A stretch of 64,000 nucleotides of DNA from Pseudomonadota bacterium (GCA_018062345.1 JAGOSL010000002.1:130192-194191); one strand, 5' to 3'; shown: positions 29,742 through 38,821, numbered from the stretch's first letter. Notes: generated from the sequence alone by a model not told the origin. Program-made: numbers and translations.

Positions 29742-29856
29742 AAATTATAAATTCAGGTATTTCTGCAGGTAAAATATCTGAGGAAGCTTAGGCTTTTTTC
29801 TATAGCCTAATCTTATAATTTTTATCGTAACGTTAATTATTTTTGATAAAAAAAAT

Positions 29857-29893
29857 AAAGAGCTGCTTATTAAAACAGCTCTTTAGTATTTTT
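29857..29893. terminator. bidirectional rho-independent terminator between convergent genes
   Basis: AAAGAGCTG-cttattaaaa-CAGCTCTTT 9-bp stem flanked by an A-run (upstream) and a T-run (downstream). Confidence 0.6.
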
Positions 29894-29901
29894 GTAGAGA
29901 G

Positions 29902-31989
29902 CTAGTCTTGATTGACTGCTTTCATGCTTAGCTTTATTTTCCCGCGGTCATCAAACCCAAGAACCTTTACTTGCACGATATCGCCAAGCTTAACAACATC
30001 CTCAGTTTTGTTAACGCGAGTTGGGGCTAATTCACTAATGTGTACTAAGCCGTCACGTCCACCCATAATGTTTACAAACGCTCCAAATTCGGCAACTTTT
30101 ACGACTTTGCCTTCATAGATATGACCAACTTCTGGGTCACAAGCAATTCCTTGAATCATTTTTACTGCTGCATCCATTGCTTCTTGTGTGACGCCAGCTA
30201 CAGTAACTTGGCCGTCGTCTTCAATGTCAACTTTAGCGCCAGTTGTTTCGCAAATTTCGCGAATTACTTTACCGCCAGAACCAATCACTTCACGAATTTT
30301 GGAAGGATTAATTTTAAAGGTTGTCATCTTTGGCGCATACGTACTTAATTGGCTTCTGGAATATTCAAGAGCTTTAGACATTTCCCCAAGAATATGTAGG
30401 CGACCTTTTTGTGCTTGTGCTAAAGCTTCTTTCATAATGCTGGCAGTAATACTGGTAATTTTAATGTCCATTTGCAGAGCTGTAATACCCTCTGTAGTTC
30501 CAGCAACTTTGAAATCCATATCTCCCAAATGATCTTCATCGCCTAAAATATCACTTAGAACTGCATATTTTTTTCCTTCTTTTACAAGCCCCATAGCAAT
30601 GCCAGCAATAGGTTTAGATAATGGTGTGCCAGCATCCATTAGGGCAAGTGATGTGCCGCATACGGTTGCCATTGAAGATGAACCATTAGATTCAGTGATT
30701 TCTGAAACCACACGAATTGTGTAGGAAAACTGTTCTTTTGTAGGTAGTAGTGGATTAATTGCTCTCCATGCTAACTTTCCATGACCTATTTCACGTCTGC
30801 CAACGCCGCTTAAGCGTCCTACTTCACCGACGGAATATGGTGGAAAATTATAATGAAGTAAAAATCGCTCTTTATATTCACCTTCCAAAGCATCAATAAT
30901 TTGTTCATCTTGGCCTGTTCCAAGTGTCGCAACAACTAACGCTTGTGTTTCTCCGCGGGTAAATAACGCGCTTCCATGAGCACGTGGTAAAACGCCAACT
31001 TCTGCAACAATTGGGCGAATCTCATCAAGTTTTCGACCATCAAGCCTTTTTTGTGAATCCAAAATGTCACCACGCAGAATCTCTGATTGCAAATCGGTAA
31101 AGGCACTGTTTACTAATTTTGGAGATGTTTCCATATACTCAGCTAGTTCTTGCGCAACTTTTTGTTTTGCGGCGTCAATTGCTGCATAGCGGTCTTGTTT
31201 AATTTTTATGTTATATGCTTTGCGTAAATCTTTTTCCGCAATCTTTGCAACTTTTTTTGAAATTTCTGTAACTTCAGAGGCTGCTTTAGGCAGTGCCCAT
31301 TGTGGTTTTCCTGCTTTTTTTACAAGCTTTTCAATAAGTTTTAAAACTGGTTGAAAGCTTTCATGTCCGAATTCTACGGCACTTAGCATTATATCTTCTG
31401 GTAGTTCTTTTGCTTCTGATTCAACCATTAATACTCCTTCTTTGGTGCCAGCTACAACCAAATCAAGATCTGATGCCTTCATTGCTTCAAGAGTAGGATT
31501 AAGAACTAATTTTCCATTAATGTGCCCAACTTTTGCTACCCCTACTGGTCCTTGAAAAGGAATACCTGAGATTGCAAGTGCTGCAGAAGCACCAATCAGC
31601 GCAGTAATATCGGTATCATTTTCAAAGTCATAAGCGAGTACTGTGCAAATAACTTGCACTTCGTTGCGAAAATCTTCAGGAAATAAGGGGCGAATCGGTC
31701 TGTCAATAAGCCGAGATTTCAGTGTTTCAGAATCAGAAGGTCTGCCTTCGCGACGCAAAAATCCTCCGGGAATTTTTCCAGCAGCAAATGTTTTTTCTTG
31801 GTAGTGTACGCTTAAGGGGAAAAAATCTATATCAGGCTTTGCATCTTTTTGTGCAACGACGGTACACAATACTGTTGTTCCGCCATAGGTTGCCATTATG
31901 GCACCATCTGCTTGGCGGGCAACTTTCCCTGTTTCTAGTACTAGTTTGCGGCCAGCCCATTCAATTTCTTCACGTGTAATGTTAAACAT
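29902..31989 (-). CDS. pnp: polyribonucleotide nucleotidyltransferase (PNPase)
   Basis: Two RNase PH domains plus KH and S1 ([13 protein letters not shown]). 695 aa. Confidence 0.95.
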   Translation of the reverse strand: MFNITREEIEWAGRKLVLETGKVARQADGAIMATYGGTTVLCTVVAQKDAKPDIDFFPLSVHYQEKTFAAGKIPGGFLRREGRPSDSETLKSRLIDRPIRPLFPEDFRNEVQVICTVLAYDFENDTDITALIGASAALAISGIPFQGPVGVAKVGHINGKLVLNPTLEAMKASDLDLVVAGTKEGVLMVESEAKELPEDIMLSAVEFGHESFQPVLKLIEKLVKKAGKPQWALPKAASEVTEISKKVAKIAEKDLRKAYNIKIKQDRYAAIDAAKQKVAQELAEYMETSPKLVNSAFTDLQSEILRGDILDSQKRLDGRKLDEIRPIVAEVGVLPRAHGSALFTRGETQALVVATLGTGQDEQIIDALEGEYKERFLLHYNFPPYSVGEVGRLSGVGRREIGHGKLAWRAINPLLPTKEQFSYTIRVVSEITESNGSSSMATVCGTSLALMDAGTPLSKPIAGIAMGLVKEGKKYAVLSDILGDEDHLGDMDFKVAGTTEGITALQMDIKITSITASIMKEALAQAQKGRLHILGEMSKALEYSRSQLSTYAPKMTTFKINPSKIREVIGSGGKVIREICETTGAKVDIEDDGQVTVAGVTQEAMDAAVKMIQGIACDPEVGHIYEGKVVKVAEFGAFVNIMGGRDGLVHISELAPTRVNKTEDVVKLGDIVQVKVLGFDDRGKIKLSMKAVNQD

Positions 31990-32016
31990 AAAATTTCCTA
32001 ATGGTTAAAATGTAAA

Positions 32017-32047
32017 ATGGAAGAACCGCAAGCATGTTCTTCCATTA
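32017..32047 (-). terminator. rpsO terminator / pnp leader hairpin
   Basis: 11-bp stem AATGGAAGAAC...GTTCTTCCATT followed on the minus strand by TTTTACATTTT. Its position matches the classical rpsO-pnp intergenic hairpin. Confidence 0.6.
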
Positions 32048-32088
32048 TGTGTTTACAGCAGATAATGTGATTCAAATTTTTCACAAAT

Positions 32089-32358
32089 TTAGCGACGAAT
32101 ATTCAAGCGCTTAATTAACGTTTGATAACGATCCTCATTAACGCGCTTTAAATAATCAAGTAAGCGGCGACGCTGGCCGACAAGCATCAGCAATCCTCGA
32201 CGAGAGTGTAAATCGTGCTTGTGTTCTTGCATGTGGTCGGAAAGATTTTTAATGCGTTCAGATATAATAGCAACCTGAACTTCTGGTGAACCCGTATCAC
32301 TCGCTTTTGTTGCAAATTCTTTAATAACTTCTTGTTTACGTGTTGGACTAATCGACAT
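32089..32358 (-). CDS. rpsO: 30S ribosomal protein S15
   Basis: 89 aa. GSPEVQVA..., [22 protein letters not shown]. Confidence 0.95.
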   Translation of the reverse strand: MSISPTRKQEVIKEFATKASDTGSPEVQVAIISERIKNLSDHMQEHKHDLHSRRGLLMLVGQRRRLLDYLKRVNEDRYQTLIKRLNIRR

Positions 32359-32378
32359 CGAACATTCCTTTACTTTAG

Positions 32379-33242
32379 TTAAATGTTAAACACACGATCC
32401 GGATAAAATATATTATCTTGCACGTGACCAAGGGCGATGAGCTTGTCATCGAGCCAGGCCGAAGTATTAGAACAATTGCTTTTACATACTTCAACTGCTT
32501 GACCGTGCTGGATCTTAGTAGCCTTTTGAAACGATACAGATACTGCCGGGATGTCGTCCAGAACAGATCCAATCGGTAACAAAAAGCAAGCCAGGGAAGT
32601 ATCGCCTATTTTTTTTATATTTTCCAGTGAAATCGCATTATCAATATTAAAATGGCCAACACGTGTTCTCCTCAACATTGTTAAATGGCCAACAGATCCA
32701 AGGTATAACGCCAGATCCCTTCCCAGGGAGCGCACGTATGTTCCTGTGCCACATGTTACGCTGAGAGTGGCGTTTCCCCCTTCATAAGCATCAAGAGTAA
32801 GGTCATAAATTTTTACTTGCCTAGAAGGCATGTCTATTTCTTCTCCATCACGAGCTCTTTTGTAAGCTGGTTTTCCTTTAATTTTTATCGCTGAATATAT
32901 TGGCGGAGTTTGCTGTATTAAGCCTGTAAAAATTTTTAAAGATGAATATATGTCTTCTAAGGAAGGTCTGTGTTCAGAAGTAGCAACAATCTCACCTTCT
33001 GTGTCACCCGTTGTTGTTTGGGCTCCAAAAGAAAGAGTAAATTGATAAGTTTTTGAACTATTCATCAAATAAGGCATTGTTTTAGTGGCTTCGCCAAGGG
33101 CTAAGGGCAAAACTCCACTTGCAAAAGGATCTAGTGTTCCCGCGTGGCCAATCTTTTTTTGGCCAAAAGCACGCTTTACTATGCTGCCAGCATGAGTAGA
33201 GGTTATGCCTTCAGGTTTATCTAAAACTAGCCAGCCGTGCAT
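32379..33242 (-). CDS. truB: tRNA pseudouridine(55) synthase
   Basis: [11 protein letters not shown] and [15 protein letters not shown] (catalytic Asp). Confidence 0.9.
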   Translation of the reverse strand: MHGWLVLDKPEGITSTHAGSIVKRAFGQKKIGHAGTLDPFASGVLPLALGEATKTMPYLMNSSKTYQFTLSFGAQTTTGDTEGEIVATSEHRPSLEDIYSSLKIFTGLIQQTPPIYSAIKIKGKPAYKRARDGEEIDMPSRQVKIYDLTLDAYEGGNATLSVTCGTGTYVRSLGRDLALYLGSVGHLTMLRRTRVGHFNIDNAISLENIKKIGDTSLACFLLPIGSVLDDIPAVSVSFQKATKIQHGQAVEVCKSNCSNTSAWLDDKLIALGHVQDNIFYPDRVFNI

Positions 33243-33245
33243 ATG

Positions 33246-33884
33246 CTAAAAACGATAATAAATGATGCAATCGGGATTTTTGTTATCCAAATTCAAATGT
33301 CCGTCTCTTATGCATCTTCCTGTAGCTCCTGGTGCATCTTTCACGATTAATTGCCCTTGATTGAGGTCAACTGCGCTACTTCCTTGATCAATTTTATTTT
33401 TCAAAGCTTGAGCTTGTTTTGGGGTTAAAAGGCCAGAGCCTTCTTCTTTTGCTAACATAAGCCAATGTCCAGGCATTTCTGCTGAGGGTTGAAACACAAC
33501 AGTGTATTTCCCGCCAAGCTTCGAGGCTGGTGCTTTGTCACCATTGATAATAGATGCCTTACTTAAGTGCTGCCAGAAAAGATCTGCCTCAACACCTGTA
33601 ATCTGGCCATTACCATCGCCAGATGTTGTGCCTGTGAAATGCATTGTTGCTCTGGGATCATCCCCAGGAAGAGACTGATAAATTTCTTGATACGTGTTGA
33701 CAGCTAGCGAGTAATGTTGAAAATCTTGAACAACAGAGCGAATTTTTGCATTTCCTAAAAGTTCTTGACCTTTAAAAACAGCTCCGGTGATAAGCCCAAT
33801 TACTACCAGCACAATAGACATTTCTATCAAAGAGAAAGCTGGAACTACCATGGTCAGTGGCTTTTTCCATCTGCTATTTCTCAT
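33246..33884 (-). CDS. type IV pilin-like / pseudopilin protein (prepilin-type N-terminal methylation domain)
   Basis: Leader MRNSRWKKPLTMVVPA, then FSLIEMSIVLVVIGLITGAVF (F1...E5 hydrophobic helix). C-terminal Cys pair GRCIRDGHLNLDNKNPDC resembles a pilin D-region. Its stop lies 3 nt before the truB start. Confidence 0.7.
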   Translation of the reverse strand: MRNSRWKKPLTMVVPAFSLIEMSIVLVVIGLITGAVFKGQELLGNAKIRSVVQDFQHYSLAVNTYQEIYQSLPGDDPRATMHFTGTTSGDGNGQITGVEADLFWQHLSKASIINGDKAPASKLGGKYTVVFQPSAEMPGHWLMLAKEEGSGLLTPKQAQALKNKIDQGSSAVDLNQGQLIVKDAPGATGRCIRDGHLNLDNKNPDCIIYYRF

Positions 33885-34064
33885 TAATTTGTCCTTTTTT
33901 ATGGTCCATGATTAGTATAAAAGGTTTTTCTATGGAATCAATTCTTTAAGCATATTCGAATTGAGTAATTGAAAGTTGCTTATATTTCTGAAGTTGAATG
34001 ACTTGGCATAAAAAGCACGCTCTAAAAATTAGAACGTGCTTAAAAGTGATTTGTTTTGTTTTAC

Positions 34065-36140
34065 TTATGCAGCGCCTGCTGCTTCAGTTTGCTTTGAGAG
34101 GTATGGCGCCAAGGATTGTTGCAGTGGTGATGTAACAGATGCTTTTAGAGTGCTTTCATCTACTACTGACGTTTGGGGGTTAGGCGCCAAATTTTCGCCA
34201 TTATTTATTACTTCATCGCCTGCGGAGTTATCAAGAGGAAGAGTTTGTTGTTGCTCCATATTCGTGCCGTCATCTGCTAAACCATTTGCAACGGGTTTTG
34301 TTACTTCGTCGCCTGAGGAGTTATCAAGAGGAAGAGTTTGTTGTTGCTCCATATTCGTGCCGTCATCTGCTAAACCATTTGCAACGGGTTTGGTTACTTC
34401 GTCGCCTGCGGAGTTATCAAGAGGAAGAGTTTGTTGTTGCTCCATATTCGTGCCGTCATCTGCTAAGCTATTTGCAACGGGTTTGGTTACTTCGTCGCCT
34501 GCGGAGTTATCAAGAGGAAGAGTTTGTTGTTGCTCCACATTCGTGCCGTCATCTGCTAAACCATTCGATTGAGAAGCTAAATCTCCAGCAGGGGCATTTA
34601 GAAGGGTAGGCGATAACATTGCGTTATCATCTTTAGTTTTTGCTGTGGCCACTTGTATAATAGCGTTATGAGCTTTATCTAGTCTTTTCTCTGCTTCTAG
34701 TTTTTCTTCTTCTGCCTTTTGTGCCAGAATAGCTGCCTGTTTAGCTTCTTCTTCTGCTGCTAATTTTTCCTGTTCAGCCTTTTGCGCTAAGATTGCCGCT
34801 TGTTTAGCCTCTTCTTCTGCAGCCAGTTTTTCTTCTTCTGACTGCTCACGGGCTGCTTTTTCTAGAATTAATTCATTTTGTGTTGCATCTAAAATTGCTT
34901 TAGCGTTTTCAGCTTCTAGATCAGCTTTTGCTTTTTCTAATTTTTGTTCGTCGGCTGTAGTAAGTGCCTGAGCGGCCAACTCTTTAGCAGCATCTAGCTG
35001 TGCTTGCATAAGTCTCATTGATTCCATGGCTGCTTCATATTCTTTTACAGCTAGGTTATGTTTTTCTTGTAATGATTTCATTTCATCAGGTGAAAAAGTA
35101 GTTGACCTTAGGTGCTCCACATATCTGCGTGCTGTTTGAGGATCTATTTCCGATGAAAACATTAGATTAACAGATATACCTTCTCCAGATATGCGAATTT
35201 GTCGCAGGTTATTACTATTTTCATCATCTAAAGCTAAAGAAAACATTGCAACAGCTACATTTGGAAGTGTACTGAATAGTTCTAAAAGTTTGCTTACAAG
35301 TTTTAAAAAGGTTTCTTGGGTAGCTTTAGGATCAGAAGTTGTGCAGACAAGATTCATTTGTTTGCCCTCAAATATACCGTCTCCAAACTGAAATTTCTTG
35401 GTTAGAAGGCCTTCTGAATTTGTAGCTGCTGGAAGATCAGTATTAACAGATTGCCCTGGTTCAGCAGCAACAGCATATGCCCCTGATTTTAACTTTTCTT
35501 GAAGTTCAGCTAACTCTTCTTTCGCCTTTTGTAATGCTTTCTCCTTTTCTGTGGCTTCTAAATCAGGGACTTCATAAACATAAACGGATGCTTGCTTGCC
35601 AAGAATTAAAGACGCATTTGGATCAGGCTCTTCTGTGTATGGGTATAAATAATTATTTTCGTCTTTATACATCCACCATTCTTTTGGATCTCCAGAATAT
35701 CCGGGAAAATTACCGATGTTTGCATTTGCAGGAACAAGCTTAATCTCATCCTTGTTATCATTTTTTCTTAATACGTATACAATTGCCGCACCTTCTGGCA
35801 TCTTTTCTCCTGCCATATACGGAAAATTTTGTTTGCCAGTTGGGTCGTATATTCCACCATCTTGGAATTTAAGTTTTTTAGTAATCATGCCTGGATGCAT
35901 TGATTTATCAAAAAATTGAACTTCAATTTCATTGCCGTCCAAATTGATCGCTTTGTATTTTTTTTCTGATTTTTCCTCTGAAGAATGTTCTTTATTTTCT
36001 TCTGAAATAGCAGAGTCTGTTGCAGCTAGAGCAGGGCTCTGCCCTTCAATTGAAGCAGAATCTTCTGCTGTTGCATGCATTTCATTTATCCAAGAGAACG
36101 AAGAACCTAAAAGTAAGGAAAATAATAATTTTTTATTCAT
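34065..36140 (-). CDS. secreted repeat protein (coiled-coil A/E/K-rich region plus 4 x 31-aa C-terminal repeats)
   Basis: Signal peptide MNKKLLFSLLLGSSFSWINEMHA. EEKLAAEEEAKQAAILAQKAE repeats. NGLADDGTNMEQQQTLPLDNSAGDEVTKPVA x4. Confidence 0.6.
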   Translation of the reverse strand: MNKKLLFSLLLGSSFSWINEMHATAEDSASIEGQSPALAATDSAISEENKEHSSEEKSEKKYKAINLDGNEIEVQFFDKSMHPGMITKKLKFQDGGIYDPTGKQNFPYMAGEKMPEGAAIVYVLRKNDNKDEIKLVPANANIGNFPGYSGDPKEWWMYKDENNYLYPYTEEPDPNASLILGKQASVYVYEVPDLEATEKEKALQKAKEELAELQEKLKSGAYAVAAEPGQSVNTDLPAATNSEGLLTKKFQFGDGIFEGKQMNLVCTTSDPKATQETFLKLVSKLLELFSTLPNVAVAMFSLALDDENSNNLRQIRISGEGISVNLMFSSEIDPQTARRYVEHLRSTTFSPDEMKSLQEKHNLAVKEYEAAMESMRLMQAQLDAAKELAAQALTTADEQKLEKAKADLEAENAKAILDATQNELILEKAAREQSEEEKLAAEEEAKQAAILAQKAEQEKLAAEEEAKQAAILAQKAEEEKLEAEKRLDKAHNAIIQVATAKTKDDNAMLSPTLLNAPAGDLASQSNGLADDGTNVEQQQTLPLDNSAGDEVTKPVANSLADDGTNMEQQQTLPLDNSAGDEVTKPVANGLADDGTNMEQQQTLPLDNSSGDEVTKPVANGLADDGTNMEQQQTLPLDNSAGDEVINNGENLAPNPQTSVVDESTLKASVTSPLQQSLAPYLSKQTEAAGAA
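34208..34570. repeat. 93-bp tandem repeat, about 3.9 near-identical copies, in-frame within the CDS
   Basis: Units start at 34208, 34301, 34394 and 34487 (ttacttcRtcgcctgMggagttatcaagaggaagagtttgttgttgctcca...). Only a few substitutions between copies. Confidence 0.9.
34700..34835. repeat. about 63-bp tandem repeat (about 2 copies) encoding the A/E/K-rich 21-aa unit
   Basis: gccttttgYgcYaRaatWgcYgcYtgtttagcYtcttcttctgc recurs with a 63-bp period. Coordinates are approximate. Confidence 0.6.
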
Positions 36141-36209
36141 AATAATAAAACCCTAGTTAAGAATTTTTAACCTGAGTCTATTAAATCAAAAATAAATTAA
36201 TAAAATATT

Positions 36210-36243
36210 AAAAAAGCTCACCAAAGTATAGCGAGCTTTTTTT
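36210..36243. terminator. rplT terminator hairpin (A/T-flanked, potentially bidirectional)
   Basis: AAAAAAGCTC-accaaagtatagc-GAGCTTTTTT just downstream of the rplT stop. Confidence 0.5.
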
Positions 36244-36263
36244 AAAGTTTAGTTTGAAAAAAA

Positions 36264-36617
36264 TTAGGCAGACTTTTTAACTTGATCTACTAAAGCTTTG
36301 AAACTTTCAGGCTGATTCATTGCTAAATCAGCAAGAACTTTCCGATCGATATCAATATTGTTTTTTTGCAAAGCGCTAATGAATACTGAATAGGTTAGCC
36401 CCAATTCACGGACAGCTGCATTAATACGCTGAATCCAAAGTGCCCTAAAATTACGCTTCTTAACGCGGCGATCGCGATAAGCATAAGTTAATGCTTTTTC
36501 AACTCTCTGTATTGCTGAGCGAAAGCAAGTGCTAGAGCGCCCACGATAGCCTTTGGCCATCTTTATAATTTTTTTGTGACGTGCGTGCGTTGTGACGCCT
36601 CTTTTTACTCGTGCCAT
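36264..36617 (-). CDS. rplT: 50S ribosomal protein L20
   Basis: [17 protein letters not shown]..., 117 aa. Confidence 0.95.
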   Translation of the reverse strand: MARVKRGVTTHARHKKIIKMAKGYRGRSSTCFRSAIQRVEKALTYAYRDRRVKKRNFRALWIQRINAAVRELGLTYSVFISALQKNNIDIDRKVLADLAMNQPESFKALVDQVKKSA

Positions 36618-36626
36618 GATAACTCC

Positions 36627-36824
36627 TTAGACGTGAAAATAGTAAGTGCGAATACGCTTGATCTCTGGAGATGCGCATATTTTCATGCCGCGAGCATTTC
36701 GTAAAAATTTATTTGAACGTTTCCGCATGCCATGGCGTTTTCCAGCCGGAGCTACCTTCACTTTTCCTGTGCCAGTAAGGCGAAAGCGCTTCTTGACACT
36801 GCTTTTTGTTTTTAATTTGGGCAT
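36627..36824 (-). CDS. rpmI: 50S ribosomal protein L35
   Basis: [22 protein letters not shown]..., 65 aa. Confidence 0.95.
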   Translation of the reverse strand: MPKLKTKSSVKKRFRLTGTGKVKVAPAGKRHGMRKRSNKFLRNARGMKICASPEIKRIRTYYFHV

Positions 36825-37068
36825 TTTATCTCTCTAAAGTTAATAATTTAAGTAATTTACCGCAACAAAGGCATGCCCGGGCACTATACCCTAGCCACGC
36901 TGCTATATAGTGTATAAATGGTTTTTTTGTATAAATCAAGAATTTTTGTGTGCGAGTTCAGGCGATTTGAGTCAACAAAGCCATGATTTATAGCTTATTA
37001 AATGCAACCCCGGTGCAACCTCGAGCAATCTTTATGACGCTACTAAATCTTAAATACATTGGTGCAAT

Positions 37069-37145
37069 TGGCGTTCCCGACGGGATTCGAACCCATGGCC
37101 TCAAGATTAGGAATCTTGCGCTCTATCCTGCTGAGCTACGGGAAC
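37069..37145 (-). tRNA. tRNA-Arg (anticodon CCT), CCA encoded
   Basis: Reverse complement: GTTCCCG-TA-GCTC-AGCAGGATA-GAGC-G-CAAGA-TTCCTAA-TCTTG-AGGCC-ATGGG-TTCGAAT-CCCGT-CGGGAAC-G-CCA. Confidence 0.92.
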
Positions 37146-37243
37146 CACAGGCAAATATTAGCTTTTCATGGATAGGTTGTCTAGATAGATAGCCCTAAAG
37201 TATTGCTCCATATACAAGAGGGCCACCTTAAGGAATTAAGCTT

Positions 37244-38821
37244 TTAAGAACTTACAGCCAAAGAAGAAATAATTTGGATGGAGTCAGCATGGCCTAAATT
37301 GGCAGATTTTCTGAGCAATTCAATAGCTTGTTGTTTTAAAGAATTGGTTTGAGGCTGCTTTTGCAAAAGCCCTACAGCAAAATTATATAGCATGATTGGG
37401 AGGTTAGCTCTAGCGTTTTGATTCCCAAGTATTGCTGCCTCTTCACAAAAATTTATACCTAGCTGTTCATTTTTAGCAGTAAAATTACCTAAGTAAAGCC
37501 GTGATGCATATTCGTAAAGCATAATGGGAAGATTATGTTCTGCTTCTTTATTGCCTAAGTCAGCTGCTTCTGTGCAAAATTCTATAGCTTTGGGCATGCT
37601 TGCTTTGAATCCGTGCTTTCCATGAAAATGCCATGCAGAAATATGTTTTAGCATGGTAGGATTTCCTATGCTTTTTAAGAATTCAATTTCTTGGCAAGAA
37701 TTTATATTACTGGATCGCTTATTTGCTTCTCTCATCGTCATTGTATAGATTTTGCTAATTTGAGTTTCTGGAGCTTTGGCAAGGGGCCTTCTTAAAATTT
37801 CTGCTAGTTCGGGATCGGCTTCTCTTGTGAAAAATAAACGTAAAATACCCATACCACCAACATGACCTTCGGTCATTTCTGAAGTCGCTGGATCATATAT
37901 GTATGACAGAATTATTGTGTTGGTAGTTAGGCCAAGCTGAGAAAGAATAGCTTCTGAAGCAAAATCTGCCATTGCAGAGCGACAGTGGATATCAACGGGT
38001 ATATCATTGGCTATAAGTTCAAAGGCTCTTTTATTTAAAGAAGTTTCTAGCCATGCATAATTTACTTTTTCTTCGGCCGTGAAAACTATTGGATAAGCAA
38101 TTGCACCGTGTATTGTCCATCCTTTGTAGGTAGTGCTGGCTGCCATATCTTCGTAAATTTTATTCAAAGTTAGATTGGGTGCAAAAATATCAAAGATTTT
38201 TTTTGTGAGAATTACCATTGGTTGGTTTGTTTCTAAAAACTGTTCCAAGGACTCAGCTAAAGCTGAATTCCAAGATTTTTGTTCGTGTGTTTGCGCATAT
38301 TTTTTAAGGGCTTCAATAAATTTTGAAGAAGATACATTTTCTGCATTAACAGTTGTCCATTGTGTTTCAAAGGTCTCATCATCGTTGCTCATGGATTTTG
38401 CTATCATTGTATCAATAGCTAAAATGGTGGTTTGTTGAGGAGTGATAGCTGTTGTTTCAGTTACTCCATAAAAATCTACTAGTATGTTACGTTTGCCAGG
38501 AAATTTGTGCCGTATGCGTATAACCGAATAAATAAGTTTTGCGGGCGACGTTTCTACCTCACCATATCTACCTGCAAGGGTTGTTGCTATTTCTTTAGTG
38601 TAATATTTGAAAGCTTCGAAAGCTGCTAAAGCATCTGCTTTATCACGCTCAACTTCTAATATATCGATCCATTGAGCTGAATTTATTTCTGCTGGTTTGG
38701 TTAAAGATTCATGATTATGTGTGAATCCAGGAATAGGGTCTTCGTGCTGCCAAACCTGAGCAGTTGCGCTTAGTGCTGGCAGCATAATTAGCAATGTCAA
38801 AAGCGCTAGAAATTTTTTCAT
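37244..38821 (-). CDS. secreted protein with C-terminal Sel1-like (SLR/TPR) repeats
   Basis: Signal peptide MKKFLALLTLLIMLPALSATA. C-terminal repeats AADLGNKEAEHNLPIMLY / AAILGNQNARANLPIMLY / SANLGHADS resemble Sel1 repeats. The N-terminal ~380 aa is unrecognised. Confidence 0.55.
   Translation of the reverse strand: MKKFLALLTLLIMLPALSATAQVWQHEDPIPGFTHNHESLTKPAEINSAQWIDILEVERDKADALAAFEAFKYYTKEIATTLAGRYGEVETSPAKLIYSVIRIRHKFPGKRNILVDFYGVTETTAITPQQTTILAIDTMIAKSMSNDDETFETQWTTVNAENVSSSKFIEALKKYAQTHEQKSWNSALAESLEQFLETNQPMVILTKKIFDIFAPNLTLNKIYEDMAASTTYKGWTIHGAIAYPIVFTAEEKVNYAWLETSLNKRAFELIANDIPVDIHCRSAMADFASEAILSQLGLTTNTIILSYIYDPATSEMTEGHVGGMGILRLFFTREADPELAEILRRPLAKAPETQISKIYTMTMREANKRSSNINSCQEIEFLKSIGNPTMLKHISAWHFHGKHGFKASMPKAIEFCTEAADLGNKEAEHNLPIMLYEYASRLYLGNFTAKNEQLGINFCEEAAILGNQNARANLPIMLYNFAVGLLQKQPQTNSLKQQAIELLRKSANLGHADSIQIISSLAVSS

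Noticed and set aside
34208-34570. Possible CRISPR array, given the regularly spaced near-identical repeats
   Set aside because: The units are contiguous (93-bp period) with no unique spacers, they are in-frame coding sequence, and no cas genes are present.
34036-34609. Two long plus-strand ORFs (34036..34572 and 34286..34609) with repetitive Cys/Ser-rich translations
   Set aside because: They are reading-frame artefacts of the 93-bp tandem repeat on the antisense strand of the 34065..36140 gene. That gene has a signal peptide and a coherent full-length frame.
36983-37192. 69-aa plus-strand ORF, with a similar ORF at 20381..20596
   Set aside because: Both run straight through the tRNA-Arg gene or its copy on the opposite strand, and their translations share the tRNA-derived peptide. 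They are not credible genes.
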